DNA from: an uncultured bacterium
GTDB taxonomy: Bacteria; Patescibacteriota; Microgenomatia; UBA1400; PJMF01
Assembly (NCBI GenBank): GCA_903842795.1
Contig: CAIMNJ010000018.1
Span: 3,246-67,245 of the forward strand
DNA length: 64,000 nt
Reading direction: 5' to 3'
Shown: one piece after another, positions 55,971 to 64,000 of the stretch
Layout: each line of letters opens with the position of its first letter
Numbering within the stretch: position 1 is the stretch's first letter
Made by a program: the position numbers and the translations under genes
The notes under the pieces: model-generated
Database searches by the model: none
What the model saw: the letters and a program-made list of their open reading frames with translations, nothing else
Told to the model about the DNA's origin: nothing

Positions 55971-55994
55971 TTACTTTACAGTAATTTTAGATGA

Positions 55995-57191
55995 TTAGTC
56001 TAAAATTTTGGTGATAGCACCTGCACCAACGGTTAAACCACCTTCACGAATAGCGAAGCGGAAACCCTCATGGACAGCTACTGGAACCAAGAGCTCAACA
56101 GTCATCTTGGCGTTATCACCAGGCATAACCATTTCAACTCCATCTGGAAGCTTGATTTCACCAGTCACATCAGTGGTTCTGATGTAGAACTGAGGTTTGT
56201 AACCAGAGAAGAAAGGCTTGTGACGACCACCTTCTTCTTTCTTCAAGATATAAACTTCAGCTTCAAATTTCTTGTGAGCAGAAGCAGAACCTGGCTTAGC
56301 CAAGAGTTGACCTCTTTCCACACCATCTTTTTCAATACCACGAAGCAAGATACCGACGTTATCGCCAGCTTGACCTTGATCGAGCATTTTTCTAAACATT
56401 TCAACACCAGTAACGGTGGAGGAAGTCTTTTCACGAATACCAACGATGTCAACGTTTTCGCCAACTTTGATGATACCGCTTTCAATACGACCGGTCACAA
56501 CAGTGCCACGACCCTTGATTGAAAAGACGTCTTCAATGTACATACTGAAAGGCTTGTCAACATCACGGACTGGTTCTGGAATGTAAGCATCCACAGCATC
56601 CATCAATTCCATAATTTTGGCTTGAGCATCAGCATCACCAGCCAAAGCATTAGCAGCGCTAACACGAATAACTGGAGTGTTGTCACCATCGTAACCATAT
56701 TTACTCAAAAGATCACGAACTTCGACTTCCACCAAATCTAATAATTCAGCGTCATCGACCATATCGCATTTGTTAAGAGCAACAACGATTTTTGGCACGT
56801 TAACTTGATTGGCCAAAAGAATGTGTTCGCGAGTCTGAGGCATTGGACCATCAGTAGCAGCGACAACTAAAATAGCACCATCCATTTGAGCGGCACCAGT
56901 AATCATGTTCTTGATGTAGTCAGCGTGACCTGGAGCATCAATGTGAGCATAATGACGAGCTTTGGTTTCGTATTCAATATGCTTAATGTTAATAGTAATA
57001 CCACGAGCAACCTCTTCTTTACTGTTTTCAACATCAGCATAAACCATAGCTTTGTTGGTTTCACATGGAACCATCTTAGCTAAAGTTTGAGTGATAGCTG
57101 CAGTTAAAGTGGTCTTACCATGATCAACGTGACCAATGGTACCAATATTAACGTGAGGCTTGCTTCTGACAAATTTATTTGCATCTGCCAT
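55995..57191 (-). CDS. tuf: Elongation factor Tu
   Basis: [18 protein letters not shown] and NKCD GTPase motifs. Size 398 aa. Confidence 0.95.
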   Translation of the reverse strand: MADANKFVRSKPHVNIGTIGHVDHGKTTLTAAITQTLAKMVPCETNKAMVYADVENSKEEVARGITINIKHIEYETKARHYAHIDAPGHADYIKNMITGAAQMDGAILVVAATDGPMPQTREHILLANQVNVPKIVVALNKCDMVDDAELLDLVEVEVRDLLSKYGYDGDNTPVIRVSAANALAGDADAQAKIMELMDAVDAYIPEPVRDVDKPFSMYIEDVFSIKGRGTVVTGRIESGIIKVGENVDIVGIREKTSSTVTGVEMFRKMLDQGQAGDNVGILLRGIEKDGVERGQLLAKPGSASAHKKFEAEVYILKKEEGGRHKPFFSGYKPQFYIRTTDVTGEIKLPDGVEMVMPGDNAKMTVELLVPVAVHEGFRFAIREGGLTVGAGAITKILD

Positions 57192-57312
57192 AAATATTTC
57201 TCCTTTATATTTCTTTATATATTTACTAATTTATACTTTACGAACGCAAAACACGGTCGAGCTTGTATTTTACCCTAAAAAAAAGAGCAAAACAAGCTAT
57301 CTAACCCTAAGA

Positions 57313-59448
57313 TTACCTTCTCTTAACACCTTTTCTGTCTTCGACGATTTTCTCGGTGATATTCTTAGGCACCTCCTCATAGTGACTTGGCAACATTACA
57401 CTACTGGCACGACCTTGAGTCATACCACGCAAATTGGTAACGTAACCTTGCATTTCAGAAAGAGGAGCTAAAGCAGTAATAATCACCACGGTACCTCTTT
57501 GGTTAGTGCCTTGAATTTGAGCACGTCTAGAACCAAGGTCACCAATAATGTCACCCATAAATTCTTCTGGGGTGCTAACTTCAACCTTCATGACTGGCTC
57601 AATTAAAACCATGCCAGCCTTAGCGACAGCATCTCTCATACCAAGAGAACCAGCCATCTTAAAGGACAATTCACTAGAGTCAACATCATGGTAAGAACCA
57701 TCATAAAGAGTGACTTTGATATCCACCATTGGATAACCAGCCAAGAAACCTCTATCTAAAGATTCTTTGACACCTTTATTTACAGGCTCGATATACTCAC
57801 GAGGCACAGTACCACCAGTAATAGCATTAACAAATTCGTAACCAGTACCACGATCTTTTGGCTCAATCTTGAGAAGAACATGACCATATTGACCACGACC
57901 ACCTGATTGTTTGATATATTTACCTTCACCTTCAGCGGCCAAAGTAATAGCTTCGCGATAAGCCACTTGAGGCTTACCAACATCAGCATCAACTTTGAAT
58001 TCTCTCTTCATACGATCAACAATGATCTCAAGATGCAATTCACCCATACCACCAATAATGGTTTGTCCGGTTTCATGATCAACTTTGATATTGAAGGTTG
58101 GATCTTCTTCAGAAAGTTTGGCGAGAGCCATACCCATTTTTTCCTGATCAGACTTAGTCTTTGGCTCAATAGCCAAAGAAATAACTGGATCAGCAAAAGT
58201 AATACCTTCCAAAATTACTGGAGCAGTTTCATCAGAAAGAGTGTCACCAGTCTTAGTATCACGAAGACCAACAACAGCAATAATTTCTCCTGCACTAGCT
58301 TCTGCAACTTCTTCACGATCATTGGCGTGCATTAATAACAAACGACCAACTCTCTCTTTAACATCTTTACTAGAGTTGTAAACATAAGAACCAGCTTTGA
58401 TAGTACCAGAGTAAACACGGAAATAAGTAAGCTTACCAACGTGAGGATCAGTTTGAATTTTAAAAGCCAAACCACAGAATTTTTCGTCTGGAACTAAACG
58501 GCGTTGTACCATTTCTTCTTTGCCTGGAACATGGCCTTCGATATGATCAATGTCGGTTGGAGATGGTAAATACTCAACCACAGCATCCAACAAAGGTTGA
58601 ATACCAGTATTCTTGAGTGAAGAACCAGCAAAAATTGGCACTAATTTATAACCGATAACAGCTTTACGTAAAGCAGCTCTTAGTTCGTTGATAGAAATTT
58701 CTTCTTCAGCAAAGAATTTTTCCATCAAAGCGTCGTCAGTTTCAGCGATAGATTCAACTAATTTAAGTCTTTCCTCTTCAACTTTGGCTTTATATTCTTC
58801 TGGAATGTCTTTGATTTCTGGCTCGGTAGCAGCTTCATGATCTTCCCAGAAGTAAGCTTTGCGAGACAAAAGATCAATAACACCATCGAAGAAATTCTCT
58901 GCACCCATTGGCAAAACCATGACAGCTGGCTTAACACCAAATTTGACGCGAATGTCTTCAACAGTAGCATTAAAATCAGCACCCAACTTATCCATTTTAT
59001 TTACAAAACAGATACGAGGTACATTATATTTGTCAGCTTGACGCCAAACAGTTTCAGATTGAGACTGTACGCCCTCAGAAGCATCCAAAACGGTGATGCC
59101 ACCGTCTAAAACACGTAAAGAACGCTCTACTTCTGCAGTAAAATCTACGTGCCCTGGTGTATCGATAATATTGAAGCGATATCTTTCTTTTGGAAGAGTG
59201 GTTTCAAAGTATGGCTCCCAGAAACAAGTGGTAGCTGCAGAAACGATAGTGATACCACGTTCTTGCTCTTGAGCCATCCAGTCCATGGTGGCAGCACCCT
59301 CATGAACCTCACCAATTTTATAGTTGCGACCAGTATAAAAAAGGATACGCTCAGTAGTGGTGGTTTTACCAGCATCAATATGGGCAATAATACCAATGTT
59401 TCTAATGCGTTCCAGAGGAACTTGTCTTTGCTTTGAAATATCTGACAT
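57313..59448 (-). CDS. fusA: Elongation factor G
   Basis: [20 protein letters not shown] and NKMD motifs. Size 711 aa. Confidence 0.95.
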   Translation of the reverse strand: MSDISKQRQVPLERIRNIGIIAHIDAGKTTTTERILFYTGRNYKIGEVHEGAATMDWMAQEQERGITIVSAATTCFWEPYFETTLPKERYRFNIIDTPGHVDFTAEVERSLRVLDGGITVLDASEGVQSQSETVWRQADKYNVPRICFVNKMDKLGADFNATVEDIRVKFGVKPAVMVLPMGAENFFDGVIDLLSRKAYFWEDHEAATEPEIKDIPEEYKAKVEEERLKLVESIAETDDALMEKFFAEEEISINELRAALRKAVIGYKLVPIFAGSSLKNTGIQPLLDAVVEYLPSPTDIDHIEGHVPGKEEMVQRRLVPDEKFCGLAFKIQTDPHVGKLTYFRVYSGTIKAGSYVYNSSKDVKERVGRLLLMHANDREEVAEASAGEIIAVVGLRDTKTGDTLSDETAPVILEGITFADPVISLAIEPKTKSDQEKMGMALAKLSEEDPTFNIKVDHETGQTIIGGMGELHLEIIVDRMKREFKVDADVGKPQVAYREAITLAAEGEGKYIKQSGGRGQYGHVLLKIEPKDRGTGYEFVNAITGGTVPREYIEPVNKGVKESLDRGFLAGYPMVDIKVTLYDGSYHDVDSSELSFKMAGSLGMRDAVAKAGMVLIEPVMKVEVSTPEEFMGDIIGDLGSRRAQIQGTNQRGTVVIITALAPLSEMQGYVTNLRGMTQGRASSVMLPSHYEEVPKNITEKIVEDRKGVKRR

Positions 59449-59505
59449 AGATCTATTATTCTATATTTTCTCTAACTAATAATAAAGCACTTCCAAAGTG
59501 AAAGA

Positions 59506-59982
59506 TTACCATCTGAAATGAGAGAAAGCCTTGTTGGCTTCAGCCATACGATGAGAACCATTACGTTTATCGATAGCACCACCTTGTTCAAGGAGAGCAT
59601 CGAGTAATTCAGCAGCTAATTTTTCTGCATAACTGTGGAATTGTTTGTTTGGTCTTTTGTTGGCTTCAGTAACCAACCATCTAACACTTAGAGAATTAGC
59701 TCTGCGACCACGCACTGGCATAGGCACTTGATAAGAAGCACCACCAATACGGCGAGAACGAACTTCCATTTGAGGTTGAATTTTGGCAATAGCCTCTTCC
59801 AAAACTTCCAAAGCTTTACGTTTGGTTTCTTTTTCAACGAGAGCTAATGCATCATAAACCTGTTTTTGAGCGACAGCTTTTTTGCCATCTCTCATACTAC
59901 GGTTGATAATATTTTGAACTAAAACGGAGCCGTATTTAGCATCTTTTTCTACTTCACGAACTTGAGCTTTTTTGGTTCTCAT
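59506..59982 (-). CDS. rpsG: 30S ribosomal protein S7
   Basis: 158 aa with an S7 core. Confidence 0.9.
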   Translation of the reverse strand: MRTKKAQVREVEKDAKYGSVLVQNIINRSMRDGKKAVAQKQVYDALALVEKETKRKALEVLEEAIAKIQPQMEVRSRRIGGASYQVPMPVRGRRANSLSVRWLVTEANKRPNKQFHSYAEKLAAELLDALLEQGGAIDKRNGSHRMAEANKAFSHFRW

Positions 59983-59993
59983 ACAATTTTCCT

Positions 59994-60404
59994 TTAACTT
60001 TTCTTCATTCCGTACTTACTACGGCTGGTTTTTCTACCATCGACTCCAGCACAGTCATATTTACCACGAATAATGTGATATTTCACACCTGGTAAATCTT
60101 TAACACGACCACCTCTAACCATAACAATGCTATGTTCAGCTAGATTGTGACCCTCGCCTTGAATGTAAGCGGTAACTTCCATTTTGTTGGACAAGCGAAC
60201 ACGAGCTACTTTACGCAAAGCGGAGTTTGGTTTTTTTGGAGTCATGGTTTTGACCACAGTACAAACACCTCTTTTTTGAGGACTATTGGTAGCAACTGGG
60301 CGGTTATCGATGGAGTTGAAACTACGACGCAAAGCGGTAGCTTTGATACGCTTAACTCTACTGATACGACCACCTTTTCTAATTAATTGATTAATTGTAG
60401 GCAT
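59994..60404 (-). CDS. rpsL: 30S ribosomal protein S12
   Basis: [14 protein letters not shown]-terminus and PNSALRK motif. Confidence 0.95.
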   Translation of the reverse strand: MPTINQLIRKGGRISRVKRIKATALRRSFNSIDNRPVATNSPQKRGVCTVVKTMTPKKPNSALRKVARVRLSNKMEVTAYIQGEGHNLAEHSIVMVRGGRVKDLPGVKYHIIRGKYDCAGVDGRKTSRSKYGMKKS

Positions 60405-60472
60405 AATTTTATTTCTCTATTTATCTAAGGCGATGATTTTAGCACATCTACCTTACTTTTTCATTATTACTT

Positions 60473-63400
60473 CTAAACTACTGCTCTGGCCCTTTCTTCA
60501 CTTGTTGGAATTAAGCGACCAATGATGACGTTTTCTTTCAAGCCTTCTAGATAATCAATTGCACCCTCAGAAGCAGCGTCAGTCAAAACGTGCTTGGTGT
60601 GTTGGAAAGAAGCAGCAGATAACCAAGAGCTGGTAAAGAGAGATGATCTGGTAATACCCAGCAATAAAACTCTTGCGGTAGCTGGGTCACCACCAGCAGC
60701 CATAATGTTATCGTTGACTTCCATGAAATGAGCACGCTCTACCACTTCACCAACCAAGAGATCGGTGTCGCCGGAAAGCTCAATTTGTAGTTTATCACCC
60801 ATCTTACGGGTAATTACTTCAAAGTGTTTATCATTGATAGTGATACCTTGAGATTCATAAACCTCCTGCACCTGATCAATAATATGCTGTTGAGTAAAGA
60901 CTAAGCCCTTGAGTTGGAGTAATTCTTGAATATTTACGCCACCTCCAGTGAGTTTCTGACCAGCAAAAACCAAGTCTTTGTCTTTGACAAGTAAAGCCAC
61001 TGTAGCTGGAAGAGTGAAAGCTTCTTCTTCACCATCTTTATTTTTGATAGTGATAATATTCTCACCATCTTTCTCTTCTACTTTGACTTTACCGGCAATA
61101 TGAGCGATCAAAGCTTGAACTTTTGGATTACGTGCTTCTAACAATTCCTCAACACGAGGTAGACCCTGAGTAACGTCAAGACCGACGATACCACCAGAGT
61201 GCTTCACACGCATAGTCAATTGAGTACCAGGCTCACCAATAGATTGAGCAGCAATAACGCCAACTGGCACACCAATTTCCACATCAGTTCTGGTCGCGAA
61301 ATCCCAACCATAACACTTGATACAAAGACCTTTGTTGCAACGACAAGTCAAAGGAGATCTGACCCAAACAGATTCAACATCTGAAGCAGCAATTTCCTTA
61401 GCCAAATCATCATTAATGAGATCTCCAGCAGCAACCACGACCTTTTTACCAACTTTAATGTCTTTGCTGGCATAGCGACCAAGAATTCTGTAGTAAAAAA
61501 CATCGGTTCTTGGAGCTCTAACTAACTCAACACCTTCAGTGGTGCCACAGTCATCTTGACGGATGATGGCGTCGTGAGAGACATCCACCAAACGACGAGT
61601 GAGGTAACCAGCATCAGCTGTTTTGATAGCTGAGTCAGTCAAACCCTTACGAGAACCACGAGCGGAAGTTACGTATTCAAAGATCGATAAACCTTGTCTA
61701 AAGTTAGACTTGGTAGGCATTTCCACAATGTTTCCAAGTGGATCAACCACCAAACCACGCATAGCAGCCAATTGTTTAACCTGATCCTTAGAAGCACGAG
61801 TACCACCAGAATCGATGATGACTTTAACTGAATTATCGTCACTGTAAGTTTTCCAGGTTTTCTCTGCCAATTCGTCAGTGGTTTTGATCCAAACATCGAG
61901 GGATTGACGGCGACGCTCTTCATCAGTAATCAAACCTTGAAGATAGTTATCGCGAATCAATTCAGCTTTTTGGTTGGCAGCAGCCACAATCTGATCTTTT
62001 TCCTCAAGCATTTCACAATCACTCACGGAAACTGACAAACCAGATTTGGTAGCAGCAGTGAAACCAAGGTCTTTGATGCTGTCGATCATTTTAGCAACTG
62101 CTTCGTTGTCTTCAGTCTCAATAGCTTTGGTAACAATCTGCTTAATCATCTTGGCATTAACTGGCTCATTGATAAAACGTAAGCTCTCTGGCAAAACACT
62201 GTTGAAAAGTAAACGACCAACGTTAGTTTCAACAATTTGCTTCTTACCCTTGAGCTTCATGAAAACTTTAACTCTTTGACGGAGATCAAGTTTACCAATT
62301 TGATATAAGTGATAAGCCTCGTTCTTGCTACCCAAAATAGTTGGGAAAAGAGCGATTCTCTCATCAAAACTAGTGTAATAGTAAGCGCCAAGAGCCATTT
62401 CTTTGTTTGGCACGGTAATTGGCTCACCATTAGCAGGTTTGAGTAAGTTACGGTTGGCCATCATCAAATCGATAGCTTCTTGTTGAGCTTGTTTGGTCAA
62501 AGGCACGTGAACAGCCATTTGGTCACCATCAAAGTCAGCGTTATAACCAGAACAGACACAAGGGTGAAGTGAAATAGCACTACCCTCGATCAAAACTGGG
62601 AAGAAAGCTTGAATACCTAATTTATGCAAAGTAGGAGCACGGTTTAGAAGAACTGGGTGGTTCTCAATAACCTTCTCTAGAATGGCATAGACTTGAGGTT
62701 CACGACGATCTACCAAGTGACGAGCACTCTTAACGTTTGGAGCAATACCGTTAACAATTAATTCACGTAAAACGTAAGGCTTGAACATTTCCAAAGCCAT
62801 GTCTTTTGGCAAACCACATTGGTTAAGCTTGAGTTCTGGACCAACCACGATAACACTACGACCAGAGTAGTCGACACGCTTACCAAGTAAGTTTTGACGG
62901 AAGCGACCAGTCTTACCACGTAACATCTCAGAAAGAGAGCGAAGTGGACGACGGTTACTACGACGACGAGTTTGTTTGGTTTGAGAACTATCGATCAAAG
63001 CATCAACAGCTTCTTGTAACATTCTTTTTTCGTTACGCAAAATAATTTCTGGAGCACCCAAATTAATGAGGTGAGCCAAACGGTTATTACGGTTGATGAC
63101 GCGACGATATAAATCGTTTAAGTCAGAAGCAGCAAAACGACCGCCAGATAATTGCACCATTGGACGTAAATCCGGAGGTAAAACTGGCAAAATGGTTAAG
63201 AATAACCAAGCTGGATCAATACCAGATTTCTTGAAGCCTTCGACCACGCGTAAACGCTTGGTAACTTTGGCTTTTTTGGCACCTTTACTTTCAACTAATT
63301 CATCTCTCAAAGCCTTAACTTCGCCATCGAGATCAACTTTTTTACTCAAAGCTAAAATGCTTTCGGCACCCATACCCACTTGCAAGTGAGAAGCGGCATC

Positions 63401-64000
63401 GTATTCATCGAGTTTGAGATATTCATCTTCAGTTAAAACAGTTTTAACTTTGATTTTCTTAACCATCTGTTTGATGGTTTTGTAGATTTCTTCGGTTTGC
63501 TCCAACTGCACTTCTAATTGTTGTTTACTGGCAACAATTTTGTTCTTGGCTTTAAGTTCGAGCTCAGCAACTTTTAATTGCATAGCTTCTTTACTCTTTA
63601 CTTTTTCACCAAGAGAAGCCTTGTCTTTGTCTAAAGTGTCTTTGATAGCAACGATAGCTTTTTCAGCGTTATCGCGCAATTGATCGGCAGCAGCTACCTG
63701 ATCAATATCTAATCTTTCCAAAACTACTTTTTTCTCATCATTATCAACCTCAAGAACGATATATTGAGAGAAGTACATGATGGAGTTTAGGTTTCTTGGA
63801 GAAATATCCAAAAGTAAAGATAGTTTAGAAGGAGCACCCTTAAAAAACCAGATATGAGCAACTGGAGAAGCAAGCTTAATATGAGCCATACGCTCACGAC
63901 GAACTTTGGCTTCAGTTACTTCAACTCCACATTTGTCACAAACAATACCTTTGTAACGAATGCGCTTATATTTACCACAATAGCACTCGTAGTCTTTGCT
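60473..64000 (-). CDS. rpoC: DNA-directed RNA polymerase subunit beta' (N-terminal end runs off the window)
   Basis: NADFDGDQM catalytic motif. Zinc-finger CGVEV is encoded beyond 63889 toward the window edge. More than 1138 aa fall in the window. Confidence 0.95.
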   Translation of the reverse strand, partial: SKDYECYCGKYKRIRYKGIVCDKCGVEVTEAKVRRERMAHIKLASPVAHIWFFKGAPSKLSLLLDISPRNLNSIMYFSQYIVLEVDNDEKKVVLERLDIDQVAAADQLRDNAEKAIVAIKDTLDKDKASLGEKVKSKEAMQLKVAELELKAKNKIVASKQQLEVQLEQTEEIYKTIKQMVKKIKVKTVLTEDEYLKLDEYDAASHLQVGMGAESILALSKKVDLDGEVKALRDELVESKGAKKAKVTKRLRVVEGFKKSGIDPAWLFLTILPVLPPDLRPMVQLSGGRFAASDLNDLYRRVINRNNRLAHLINLGAPEIILRNEKRMLQEAVDALIDSSQTKQTRRRSNRRPLRSLSEMLRGKTGRFRQNLLGKRVDYSGRSVIVVGPELKLNQCGLPKDMALEMFKPYVLRELIVNGIAPNVKSARHLVDRREPQVYAILEKVIENHPVLLNRAPTLHKLGIQAFFPVLIEGSAISLHPCVCSGYNADFDGDQMAVHVPLTKQAQQEAIDLMMANRNLLKPANGEPITVPNKEMALGAYYYTSFDERIALFPTILGSKNEAYHLYQIGKLDLRQRVKVFMKLKGKKQIVETNVGRLLFNSVLPESLRFINEPVNAKMIKQIVTKAIETEDNEAVAKMIDSIKDLGFTAATKSGLSVSVSDCEMLEEKDQIVAAANQKAELIRDNYLQGLITDEERRRQSLDVWIKTTDELAEKTWKTYSDDNSVKVIIDSGGTRASKDQVKQLAAMRGLVVDPLGNIVEMPTKSNFRQGLSIFEYVTSARGSRKGLTDSAIKTADAGYLTRRLVDVSHDAIIRQDDCGTTEGVELVRAPRTDVFYYRILGRYASKDIKVGKKVVVAAGDLINDDLAKEIAASDVESVWVRSPLTCRCNKGLCIKCYGWDFATRTDVEIGVPVGVIAAQSIGEPGTQLTMRVKHSGGIVGLDVTQGLPRVEELLEARNPKVQALIAHIAGKVKVEEKDGENIITIKNKDGEEEAFTLPATVALLVKDKDLVFAGQKLTGGGVNIQELLQLKGLVFTQQHIIDQVQEVYESQGITINDKHFEVITRKMGDKLQIELSGDTDLLVGEVVERAHFMEVNDNIMAAGGDPATARVLLLGITRSSLFTSSWLSAASFQHTKHVLTDAASEGAIDYLEGLKENVIIGRLIPTSEERARAVV

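Noticed and set aside
1-64000. Integrase, transposase, IS elements or prophage genes that would mark a mobile island
   Set aside because: No ORF in the window carries DDE-transposase, tyrosine/serine-recombinase or phage structural signatures. The tRNA-flanked glycan block is only suggested as an island, not called as a mobile element.

Overview
This 64 kb window looks like a low-GC, gene-dense bacterial chromosome segment, most likely from a small-genome Candidate Phyla Radiation (CPR/Patescibacteria)-type organism. Three observations support this. First, the ribosomal-protein superoperon goes directly from rpsE to rplO with no L30 gene and has no map gene. Second, a lamin-tail-domain surface protein is present. 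Third, the metabolic content is reduced and salvage-type. UGA appears to be a stop codon: RF2 is present and TGA is used at overlapping gene junctions.

Part A (1-26 kb) is accessory-like and holds the following:
- prfB
- an FtsE/FtsX pair followed by a secreted coiled-coil protein with a C39-like papain-fold peptidase domain (an apparent PcsB/EnvC analogue)
- a Cas4/RecB-like PD-(D/E)XK nuclease divergent from a 570-aa membrane protein
- an envelope-glycan cluster (GH57-like hydrolase, receiver-only response regulator translationally coupled to a processive-type GT2, a GT-C mannosyltransferase-like protein and an acyltransferase-3), bracketed by two type-II tRNA-Ser genes, one of which carries an unusual ACU anticodon
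- orphan trpB with a TrpR-like YerC regulator
- an APC permease, malic enzyme, and metK preceded by a SAM-I riboswitch with a terminator
- a copper-type cluster: an ArsR-YHS fusion regulator whose palindromic operator overlaps its start codon, a permease with a cupredoxin-like Cys/Met domain, and CopZ
- an RRM RNA-binding protein
- a GGDEF gene interrupted by an in-frame TGA
- a third tRNA-Ser

Part B (26-39.7 kb) holds:
- a purine interconversion operon (purB, purA, a CBS-less IMPDH/GMP-reductase-like gene) with two uncharacterized genes embedded in it
- mnmA and iscS
- a complete suf operon (sufCBDS-sufU) with an ArsR-like regulator and palindromic operator
- a lamin-tail-domain protein, a VanZ-like protein and hupB

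Part C (40-64 kb) is the conserved rpoC-rpsL-rpsG-fusA-tuf-S10-spc-alpha ribosomal region through rplM-rpsI.

No transposase, integrase or CRISPR array was seen.
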